Positions 53,216 to 64,000 of a stretch of 64,000 nucleotides of DNA are shown one piece after another. Both the position numbers and the translations under genes were made by a program. The stretch spans positions 101,744,001-101,808,000 of the forward strand of contig NC_045696.1 in NCBI RefSeq assembly GCF_009834535.1, given 5' to 3'. The DNA comes from Camelus ferus. Its lineage: Eukaryota. The notes beneath the pieces are model-generated. The model was given only the letters and a program-made list of their open reading frames with translations. It was not told the origin of the DNA and did no database searches. Position 1 is the first letter of the stretch, and each line of letters begins with the position of its first letter.

Positions 53216-54809
53216 TTAAGGAGCCCAGGGAAAAGCCTGCTCTTAATTAAAAGGACAGGCAGGACAAAGTAAGGCCCTGTAAGATCCTAGCCAAGTCCCT
53301 GCTCCTTTTTTGGAGACTCTGCCTCCCAGACATCAGACGTCATGAACATTGATTTTCTGACCTGCTCTACTATGACACGCCTGTTCTACCTCCAGACTCC
53401 TCCCATGTTGAGTGCAAACCCTAAAGATTTCCACCTCTATCACAAGAGTCACCATCCAGGTCCAATCTTCTACTGATGATCAACATTCCAAGGACAACAT
53501 GAGCTTTATCCTATAAGTCTACATAGGTATAGTCTTTGGGTGTCTTCCCAGCCTAGAGTTAGACTGTGCGCAAAGCACACTTACAGGAAAAAGCAGAGAC
53601 AAGAAAAAGGAAGAAACTGATGTTTTCCAGTCCCTGGGTTCACTCCCTTCCTGAAGCCTGGCCACATTCATGCTGTTGGAGTATGAGACACTTTTATAAT
53701 AAATATTTTTTTAAAACATAAAGTAGCTTGAATTACTCCGTTACTTACAATCAAAGAATATTAATCATAATGCTCTCTCCATTTTTCCCTCTACCATGCA
53801 AGTATTTCTATTTAATGTCAGTTCTGAACTATGCACTCAGTGATTTAATACAATGATGAGTGACCACACTTGGTCAGCTTTCCGATGCATTTTCTTCCTG
53901 ATGGTAGAGAAGTTTCACTAGACAGTCTGTCATTTCTTAGATGCCAGTGGCTTGTACTGTTTTCCAAATATAATACTAGAAGCATCTAGTCTTGAAATTG
54001 CCCAACTGCTATTTATATCATCTTTCATCTAATGGCTGTGCACTTTGATAATAATATGTTCATTTTGCTGGTTCTGTCATGTTTGCATGTTTCTCTTAAT
54101 GTTCACTTTGACATTAGATTCTTATTTTTTCCTATAAACATTTTAACAAACCTTCCTACAGTATTTGCCTTGATATCACTGAAAGTTTCTAAATGGGTTT
54201 TATTAGAGCAAAATATCCATACTCTATTTTTGATCAGTAATAATGTGTAAAGGAAATGTCACATTTTCCTTCTCACTTGTTAGTATAGTTCAGGGTATTT
54301 GGTAGGTATTATAGACTACATCAATTCTAATCTCATGTACAAATACATAATGAAGGCAAAATCAGGAATAGATGCTAAACTTTGCAGGAGAAGAAGCACT
54401 GGGAACTTTCACAAAAATAACTTAGAATCTGTTCTTGATAAGAATGAGTTTTCCTGAGAACACAGATCATATTTTTTAGTAGCCATCATTTCTACTTACA
54501 AGAAACAATTTCAATAGAAGAAAAAATTGTTGAAAACAATTATTAGATAGATTCAGACATTTAAGTCACTTTCTTTCTTAGTATAAACAAATGATCCTTT
54601 GTTACTATTTCTAAGATGATTGTAGTAACCCATCTACATTTGATTTAATTATGCCTATAAATATTTTAATTAAAAAAAACACATTTAGATAAGTGATGTC
54701 TAATGGAAATTCTAATTTCAAGTGTATAAAAAAAGACATTGGAGATGTGATGTGTTCATATTTTGGCATGTTTGAAGCCCAAAATTGGTGGGTAATGGGA
54801 TAATCTAGT

Positions 54810-54859
54810 AAATAGGCAATCCCATTGCTGTATCTGTATCTGAATGGGATTGCCTATTT
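54810..54859. repeat. Perfect 17-bp inverted repeat with 16-nt spacer
   Basis: AAATAGGCAATCCCATT (54810-54826) and AATGGGATTGCCTATTT (54843-54859). Confidence 0.95.
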
Positions 54860-55342
54860 TCAAAGCATTAGACCAGCCCATTAGTCATTTACACCATTCT
54901 CTTTGAAATGCCCCCTGACACACTGGGCTGAGATCCTGACAGCCATTTTTTGCAAGTGGCAGTTATAAAAAAAATATACTAAAACATATAGAACTTAAAT
55001 GATAAAAAGTGCCACAGAGAAAAAGAAACCAAGGAAGGGGCACAGTCATATTCAACAGGGAAACATTCATGTTCTATTTCAAATGTGAATATGATTTTAT
55101 TTTACAAATATTTGAGAGAAATCTGATGAGAATTTGAATGAGTTTAGGATCTAATAGAATGCATAGCTATTTAGAGACTTAGAAAAATATATAAAAGAAA
55201 CACAAATGTATAATGCTTTAAAAACAGTTTTTATAAATAAAAAGCTTTACCAAACTCTAAAGAATAGCACTTATTTAGCAACAAGGTCATCCTCCACATT
55301 CATCCCCATCAACAATACACCTCACCCTGACAAAAAAACGCA

Positions 55343-55343
<1 letters not shown>

Positions 55344-55391
<48 letters not shown>
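55344..55391. repeat. (CA)~24 perfect microsatellite
   Basis: Directly visible. Confidence 0.97.
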
Positions 55392-55393
<2 letters not shown>

Positions 55394-56904
55394 TGTCTAT
55401 GAAAGCAAATGTATATTCATTTAGGTCCTAAAATCACTCCCAGGAAAGTATGGAAAATAGATCTTAGAGGAACTTTATCCCTTGTCTTATTTTTTTCTGC
55501 ACCAATACGTTTCTCACACAAAGACCCACTACAGTTTACGAAACACATCTAATCCTCTAGCAAGCTTTTATTACAAGCCATTTTGCTTCACACCTAGTTA
55601 TGAGTGTTCACTTTCCATTATGCTGACAGACTTCCAGGCCCTTAAAGGCATAGATATTTATTGAAAGAATATTTTAAAATATTTAATAGCTTTTTAGTAA
55701 GGTGTTCAATATTACTTGTCCAATGATACAGCACATATTATTTCAGAACACAGAGTAGTTATTATTTTAGAAAAGGACTTTTTAAGAAATCTTAATATAT
55801 GATGTTTAAGTACATCACAAAGACCACAGTAAATTTATATCAACTTGAAATTATAGAAAACTGCAGCTGAAAATATCCTTAGGGATAATTTAATCCTACT
55901 TCCTTTTAAGAGGAAAAAGTTGAAAATCAAAGAGACAAAGTGATTTACCCGTGATTATTCAGCTCTAAGGTAAAGAGAGGCCTCAATCATAAATATTCTA
56001 GCATCCAAATCTTACCTTCTTTCTCTAAAACTTGGCAAAGGCCTTCAATCTTAAAATTTAATAATCTGAATTATAATTCAGCAAACTGCATTTTTTAAAG
56101 AATTGGGTAAAATATCTTTAAAATGCTTAAGTTCGCTCTGAGAATGTATATCCTTAAGACACCACTAGTTTTATCACAGCTTAACAGCAGTATTTAAATC
56201 TTCTCTGCCAAATGATGTTTCACAGAAATAAATACAGCCTCTGCCTTGAGGTTGCAGCAGTCCTGACCTTGGTGCACCATTGTCTAAGATGAGGACATTT
56301 AGGTAGACATTGTAGTGACACTCAGCAAAGAACATCTTTTCTCAAATCTAAAGAGCTAATTCAGATTTAAGGATGAGGCATTTTCTTATGTTATCCTCCA
56401 GGCTTGACCCAGCCTCAGAGACAAGAGAGTATTCATGGTGACTCGGCTCTGAAGTGGTAGCAAAGGAGCTAAAAAGTGAGTACAGATGGAATTCAAATTT
56501 GGAACACTATAAGACATAAGATTAGAAAGAGTTCTTTTAAGGGCATGGAGTCCATATGGAAATTACATTGGAAAGTTTTGTCAAGGGCTGCCTCCTTGCA
56601 TCCTGCAGAATGAAACTACACACTTGAAATTTTTTATCCTCAGTAGAGATCAAAGAAAATGTCCTAAACATTCTCTTTCCTGCAACCAACCTTACTGCTG
56701 ACCAGACATGCACATTTATTTACAAGGCAGCTGCTCAGAGAAAAAAGGGGGGAAACCTAGCATTTTCCCAAACTTTTAACTTACAGGAAACTAAGGGACT
56801 AATAATGGTTAACTATGATGAGACAGCCCATTCTGATGTCCTTTTAAATCACTTTAAAGTGGTAAAAATAAACTTGCTTTCCTAAAGACTTGAAACGTAA
56901 ACAG

Positions 56905-57160
56905 ACAGAAAAAAAATAATGATTAGGAGTTTGGAATTAACAATATACACACTACTATCTATAAAATAGATAAACAACAGGATCTACTCAATAGAAAAGG
57001 GAACTATATTCAATATCTTGTAATAACCTACAATGGAAAAGGATCTGAAAAAGAATATCTATAATATATAAATATATAGGTATATGTATAACTAAATCTT
57101 TTTGCTGTATAACTGAAATGAACACAACACTGTAAATCAATTATACTCCAATTAAAAAAA
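56905..57160 (+). mobile_element. Short L1 3' UTR fragment (artiodactyl type)
   Basis: ctactatctataaaatagataaacaac...gggaactatattcaatatcttgtaataaccta matches the 3' UTR at 29220-29400. Confidence 0.85.
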
Positions 57161-59956
57161 TGTTCTTTATTCTTTAGTCATGAATCATGAATGTCTTACG
57201 AAGGATAAGGTCCTGTTACTCCTTGGACTAAAAGGGCTCTGGGAAATGGGTGATAAATTATGTAGACTACCCAAGGACAGTCAATTATTGAAATGTACTA
57301 AAAAAACGCCCTTGAGGAATGAATAGATTTGTGTCTTTTCTTCCGGAAAAAAAAAAAAAAAAACAATGAATGTATCCTACTTTTTCAGATTAAGCTTTTT
57401 GCTGCTTTAAATTTTTCAACAGTCTCTTATTTGGAAACAGTCAGGCTGAAAACTGTTGCAGCATTTCTTCCTGGTCTTGCTGAAGACAGGTGGCGAGTAG
57501 GTGAAGGATGAGTTCCCCTGGCCACAGCTCTTCTTTTTCCAGTATCTCATATATGTAACTCTAGGTACATTCATCCACAAATAGAAATGCCCTCCAAAGA
57601 AAGGACAACCTCTTAAAATGTGGCAACACATATGAACATATATTTTGTTGAGCTCAAGGCCTGGTACAAGCTAACATTTTAGTGTCAAAAAATAAAACAG
57701 TGCAAGGCAAGATCACATCACAGACATACATTTTTAAGAGCATCGAGTTGTCAGAAACTTGCCAAGAGGAAACAAATATCACACACAAGAAAAAAATCTT
57801 GCCAAAAACTTGAACAAAGTTGAAAGATCTGCAGACCCATAAAATTCTTTGCCAGGAGCCCTAAATATAACCTGAGGTGGCATGTAAACTTAAAAGCTAA
57901 TCTCATCTGATGGGCCATTTCCTAACATGTGACTTGAGAGTATTTTAAAAGGAAACACAAAACAGATATGAACATTACTTTTAGCAGTTCTCAAAACTCA
58001 GGTTTAGAATTTTTATTAAAACCAGACATGAAGGGTAAATAAAAAACTGATGGCTTGAATTCACTGTTTTTTTTTTTTTTAAATCATTCCTTTATCCCTA
58101 TAGAATGCACAAAAAAGGCAGTAAGTAAATGCTTCTGAATTAAAACAGTTAGTGCTAGTTTAGTGAAAATACTATGGGGAAAGAAGTGTTAGGAATTTCA
58201 AGTGGGATCCAAACTACTGAACTGTTTTCTTAAGGGGTTTCTTCATCCAAAGGTATGACATAAATAAATTTTTCTTCAGGGACTGCATTACCTAGGTATG
58301 TTTTTGACAGTCTGGACAGCTTGTCAGAACCACAAAAGCACTGCTAAAGATTTTGAGAGCTAAACAGTTTTCCCCATGATTGCCAAGATTCATCTAAACT
58401 TTAGAGATGGTAACAGCACACTTAGAATTCAGAACTTAGTTTTATAAATTCGGTTAAGAGTGAACAGATCATTTTCTCAAAATCAGACTGAAATATCTGT
58501 ACTTGAGAAAAGGGTGCATCCTAAGAAAAAAAATAGAATCAAGAGAGAAATTTAAAGATGCTTCCATAACTTTTTACCTTAAATTTCTATTGTGGTTACC
58601 ATTAAAAATGAGATGAATTCTTTTTTTTAAAAAAAGTATTGCCTCATGCATTTATTTTATTTTCTACTCCTTTTTAATATTCATCATCCTACCATCATCA
58701 TCACGGATGATGAATATTAAAAACCACATCCATTTTAAATAAATCTTAACAAAACAGTATGAGTAAGAGATTCACAAATATTGGTGATATGGACTTAAAT
58801 TATGAGAGTGTTGAGTGGGAAGTGATCAAAAGTGAAGTAGGATGTGTAATGAAAGAAGACCCAAACTGGGGCAGGAGACCAGTTTCTGGGCTAAATATTG
58901 CCAACAACTGTGCCCCCTCCTCCTGCCTTCTAGTGACCTTAACCACTCCTGGTATAATTTCTCATGTATCAAATGAAGAATTCAGATTTGATGAATAATT
59001 TTTTGACAGTGTTTTCCAAAGTAATTGGGTTTGGAGGAAGTGCCTCTTTTGGGCCACCCTGAGGCTGGCACAGGTGATGGGTACAGCAGTCAGAGTGGGT
59101 CTACCATTTATCTGCCCTATCCATCAAGATCTCTAGGGGATTTTGTTTGCAAATAGTCTATCTCTGCTTGTTACAGTTTCAAAAACTACTGGACAAAACC
59201 GCTAATACCCCTTTCTAGATTCTATAAAGTGAGAATTCATTATGAGATTTTTAAGGTCTCTGCTGTAATCCCTTGATTCAATTACTTCTACTAAAGATTG
59301 GCACACCCATTTCTTTCTATGGCTGCCTTATCTTGTGTTTAATTGTTGTCTACAATCCAGGTACTGCCTGCATTTTGATGTTCCTTCTCAGAGGGTATCA
59401 GTTTACGTGTTAGATAATATGCTCTGAGTAGCATGGGGAAACCTCCAAGACTGGAGAGCAGACCTTTCTGAGAAGCTCTGTATCAGCAGTGTCCTAGCTG
59501 ATCTGACCTAGCAGGTCCCAACTGGCCAGGCTGATGCTGGAGAAAAATAGCAAAAGCATTATATGTAAAATTGGAATCACCATCATCATCATCTATATAC
59601 AAATTGAGGTAAGAAAGAACAGAAAGGATGGGCATATTCAGGAAGTGTGGAAAGCTTTCAATTTTAAAGTTGGATCCAGAAGTTAAAAATCAGTGTACAA
59701 AAAAACAGCAGAGAAGCTATGATGGTTGAGGAGATGCTGTGAGATGGAAGCTCTGACTGGCCATTTACTTACACAAATGGAACCTCTAGCTATCTTTTGA
59801 TGTTCTAAAGATCCAGCATCAGGAATATTTATGAAAATTATGTATGATGGAGAAATGCAAAATCAATGGCTTGGTTTCATAATATTTATTTATAGAAACA
59901 GTATTGCTGTTTATCATGTGACCTGCAGTGATTAAAGTTGGCTGATCTGATATAGC

Positions 59957-60421
59957 TATAAAGAAAAAAACGTTGCCTGCATAACCATTCTTCAAGGATC
60001 AAGTCATTAGCCACTGCAGTCACCCATCAATAGTGCACCCTGAGAGGGATTCAGGATGGAGAAAAACAGGAAGCATTCTGTGCTTTGGATACACAGGCCC
60101 CTAGATAGTTAAGACATATATTTAAGGAAAAATTTCAGTGACTCCAGATTCTTGTATCTTCCCATACTGGAAAAGCACCAAAATCATTAACTTGAGGCAT
60201 CTGTTCTTTGTAATTAGCAGTAATCTCTTGATGTTTGACTATATGTTTTTTTTTCCAGTTAAAAAAAATGTATATATTCATCCTGGCTCCTCGCTTACCT
60301 CTTCAGGACAGTTCCCCAGAGTTATCTGAGATGCTGTCTCCCAGGCTATAGTCCTCAGTAAGATCCCTGAATAAAACTTAACTCACAACTTTTATATTGC
60401 ACATTTTTCTTTCAGTTGGCA
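59957..60421 (+). mobile_element. ERV1-class solo LTR
   Basis: Exact 4-bp TSD tagc (59953-59956 and 60422-60425); AATAAA 60370-60375; ends in CA. Confidence 0.85.
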
Positions 60422-60499
60422 TAGCCTACTGCTAACAGTCTAAAAACTTAGGTGGGGTAAGGTATAGAACCTCCTTGAATGTTACAAAATGCATAGGTT

Positions 60500-61430
60500 G
60501 CATCAGTGCTTGGATCATTTGTCTATTACTACTTTAAAAAAAATACTCCATAATTTAATGACCTTAAATAAATAAGCCTAAATCAACCACCATTTTATGT
60601 GCTTATGATTCAGTGAGTCACGGAATTAGGCTGGGCTCAGCTGAGCAGCTTTTCTGTTGCTTTTGCCAGGTCACTCATGTGGCTGCAGGTATTAGGCAGC
60701 TCACCTCAGAACAGGATGGTCCATGATGACCTCATGGATATGTTAACAAAAAATTAATCAGTCCATCTAAGAAAGATATGGAAAATTTTACTCCAGCCAA
60801 ATTGTGGATTATAACCTGGGAATAGCATCTCAGAAAACCCTGAGACTTGTTCCACCCATTAGATGTCAAGGGGCAGTTATATATGATTTTGGAGACAGAG
60901 GACTGTACGATAAATGACATATTATCGAAAGTTTACATAATTCAGAACTAAGTGTCATGGTAGCCCCTTACAAGATCAAGAAGGAATGCTATTTTTTAAG
61001 GAGTTGTCTCGTTGATGCTCGGAGAATGTTGCTCTTTATGGTTGAGCAGGTATTTCTGCCAATGGGGGACATTTAGTTGCTGCACATTGTGGATACACAA
61101 TGCACAAGGGGGCAGAGAGGAGGCCAAGGGGCAGAGAGAATGTTTTACATTTAAATTTTTCTTGTCTTGCCGTAAAATTTATTTCACAGACCTATCTGGC
61201 AGTGGGTACTGCCTGTCAGCTGAGTCATGTGTCTCCAGGTGGTGTTCTCAGGCTCCCTCATGGAACAACAGCAGTGGGCCAGGAGGGCAAAAGCAAAAAC
61301 TGTGAGACCTCTTGGGGCCTGGGCTCCAAGTCACACCACCCTGCTACATTCTACCAGCCAAAGCCAGTCCCAGAGTCAAGGAGTAGGGAAGCAGAATCTA
61401 TCTCTTAAGGGGAGGAGGAGAAAAGGACTT
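60500..61430 (-). mobile_element. Old MaLR LTR (MLT1F/H-like) split by the LTR at 60741-61188
   Basis: gggctgggctcagctgagcagc, tcactcatgtggctgcag on the left; aagcaaaaactgtgagacctcttgg, cagagtcaaggagtagggaa on the right. Confidence 0.7.
60741..61188 (-). mobile_element. ERV1-class solo LTR, same family as 29909-30378
   Basis: Reverse complement aligns end to end with 29909-30378 (ggcaagacaagaaaaatttaaat, cccattggcagaaatacctg, ttcttgatcttgtaaggg). Confidence 0.88.
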
Positions 61431-61519
61431 TGTGTACAAGATGGAGGGCTTATCCTCCATAATGTCTTTAATGCATTTTCCTGACTCAGACTACTGTACT
61501 TGGATTGATAAAGTTGCTT

Positions 61520-62910
61520 CCTGTGAGGCATGGGTTAACAACTCTGAAACTACTGTACATGTATACCGAGACTGAACAAAAAACTAAAGGCATGACATGA
61601 TGGGAGCCAGATTTCTCCCAACCCAGGTTTCTTAGAGGAAGAGGCTACAAATAAGAGGGTGAAGCTAGAATGAACCTTATGGGCCTGGACTAAGTTTGGA
61701 GACATCAATGTGAACTCATGTTTAGCTTAATATACAGACCGATAAATACATGAATAACCATAGATATGTGTGTATACATATGTGTATGTGTGTGTTAATA
61801 CACGTACATGTATTTCCTACCTCTGTTCACTGAAAAGGCTTAGAAACAATGGAATTCTCATAGCAACAAGCACACCAAGGGCCCACATGTTGCTTTCTGT
61901 GCCATTCTCCAATTAAGGAACCAGTGCTCTTTGGAGAAATGGCTGATTCTAGGGCTGGAACAGAGAATATACAAAGTGAACCTGGAGTGTTTTGTAGTGT
62001 CAGAAAGTAAGAAAATACTGAAAAAATAACCCATGTGGTCATGTCACAAGGACACAAGACCAATCTGAAGAGTTCCCAATGACCAAAGCTGAAACAATAT
62101 AAGCAATAAAATAAATAATACGGTATTGGGTTATAACCCAAAATATAAAATAAATATCCATGAGTCTGTACTGATATAAATAAATGATTGAATAAATAAA
62201 TAAACAGGGGAGAAGAGACAAATCTCTCATACAAAAGAATTCCAAACAGTTTATGTAGACACACCTCCTCTGAAAGATGCAGCTTAACTTCTCATGCCTC
62301 AAGTGTGGGCTGTGCTTAGTGACTTGATTCCAAAAAAGAATAGGAAAGGGGAAAACAGCAGCTTTACAGTGGAAAAATCTGGCAAAAACTATCTCAGGCA
62401 GGACATCAAGGTTAACATCATCAGTGATAAGTCATCTGGTAACATGAACCCTTGGTATTTACATGAACCCTTGGTATTTACATGAACCTTGATGTAGTGA
62501 GAATGGCACTTCACATGTGTAATCATCCTCCCAAATCGCATAACCCCAGTCTAGCCATGAGAATAACCTCAGGCAGTACCCCTCAAAACTGTCAAGGTTG
62601 TTAAAATCAAGGAAAGTTTGGGAAATTGTCATAGACTAGAGGCTAGGGAAACATGAGGGTTAATGTAATGTGACATCCTGGAACAGAAAAAGGACATCAG
62701 GCAAAAACCAGTGAAATCCAAATAAAGTATGGAATCGAGTTAACAGTGTACCAATGTTGGGTCCTTAGTTGTGACAAATTTGCCATTATAATGAAAGATG
62801 CAAAAGATAGGGGTAACCAGGTGAGGGTTATACAGGAACTCTTTTTGTTATCTTTGCAACTTTTCTGTAACTGTAAAAAGCTTAATAAAAAAGCTTATTA
62901 AAAAACAAAC
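61520..62910 (+). mobile_element. L1MC3-like 3' end
   Basis: ctttggagaaatggctgattctagggctgg, gaagagttcccaatgaccaaagctg, ctcaaaactgtcaagg, ggaactct...tctttgcaacttttctgtaa. Confidence 0.85.
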
Positions 62911-64000
62911 CTGGCAACCAACTGTTAAAGAATTCTTCTACTCTCTTGTTCTCTGGTTCAAACCTTGCTTACGTCTGCTTTCCAAACTTTCCTATGACTT
63001 TGGACCTGGAGTCTCTTAATCTGTCTAGCCCTTTGGATTGAAGGAGTCTGGATGACCCATTGACCCATAAGTGAAAAGCAAAAAATATATATATTTAAAA
63101 ACAAATATATACCTATACATATACACCTATACATATACATTTGAAATTCACACACATACACATATACATATAGACACATATATAATCACATTGCAGAGAT
63201 GCAAAATGAAAATATGCCACAAATAAAAACAGAACAGATAACCACTCCTAGCAGCTCTCTGCATAGCCCACTAGTCTCTTCTGAAATAAGAACAAAGTTT
63301 TACATGCTGTTCAGAAACCCACTTTCCCCACAAAGTATATTTGTGAAGCTTAAACTATAAAGCCCCATATAAGCATAGACCCTTTCCAGGTATCTGAATC
63401 TATTTTCTTCTTAAGTACTCTAAACTGTAAATTTTAATACCCGCAAAACCTGGATTCACCCACCTCCATGTAAATAAATATGTATCTGCATTATCATTTT
63501 AAGCGCCAGAAAGTATCATAGTATTTCACTGAATAGATGGACCATCCTTTTTCAATTAATCCTTTAAGGAGCTGTCTAGCTTTTCTAATTCTCTGGAATA
63601 TCACCCAATATTTCTGCTTGGGGGTTGAGTTAGCTCTCTCTGAAGTGTTTTCTCTATGCCCTGAAGCCCCTTCACTCAATCCAGGCTCCTCAATAGTGCT
63701 CCTGCCCTTGGTGCTCCTGGCCTCTAATGGCCTTGAGGGGACAACTGAGAGTAAATTTGGGACAACAGAAAATAAGTGCAAGTTCTTGAGCAGGAAGTCA
63801 GTGAGAGGAAACTATGTTTTGGAGAATGTTATTATGACAATCATTTTATCATCATATTAGTATGACATGTGTGCTCTGTGCAAATATAAGTCTCAGAGTA
63901 ACAGGAAAGAGAAACTGTAACAAACAGATCTTAGAATCCCTGCAGTGGCAATTGCAATCCTGGGGGAATAAGATCCCTTCATATGGCTCTTAGGAGAGAA

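Noticed and set aside
29909..61188. Same-family LTRs in opposite orientation 30 kb apart as inversion breakpoints or one provirus
   Set aside because: The copies are diverged, a provirus needs direct orientation, and the MLT1 host is continuous across the second LTR, so these are independent insertions
62442..62488. 19-bp unit acatgaacccttggtattt repeated about 2.5 times
   Set aside because: Ordinary slippage duplication inside an old L1; no spacers, so not CRISPR-like
63494..63860. Overlapping 95-aa (-) and 107-aa (+) ORFs in unique sequence
   Set aside because: No recognisable homology or convincing splice sites; ORFs of this length are expected by chance in 64 kb

Overview
Mammalian nuclear DNA, most likely camelid. 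The evidence is two tRNA-Ala-derived SINEs of the Vic-1 type, young L1s with an artiodactyl-type 3' UTR, and no Alu, BovB/Bov-A or PRE-1 that I can recognise. The window is AT-rich, repeat-dense, and intronic or intergenic. I found no recognisable host protein-coding exon, CpG island or functional RNA gene. The long ORFs derive from L1, LTR or simple repeats, and the rest look like chance. Most L1 remnants lie on +, which hints at a long host transcript on the minus strand. I see no evidence of a new multi-gene system. The notable signals are mutational or retrotransposition events readable directly in the sequence: an exact 172-bp dispersed duplication with a template-switch junction (25.6/26.8 kb), an L1 with a probable ~100-bp 3' transduction (38.9-40.4 kb), a twin-primed 5'-inverted L1 (28.7 kb), a tailless U6 retrocopy with a clear TSD (43.7 kb) next to a probable mRNA 3'-end retrocopy, a three-level nested LTR complex (4.7-7.9 kb), a perfect 17-bp hairpin (54.8 kb), and a CpG- and motif-rich candidate enhancer (15.5-15.8 kb). 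Repeat family names come from memory of consensus sequences, and the boundaries of old repeats are approximate.
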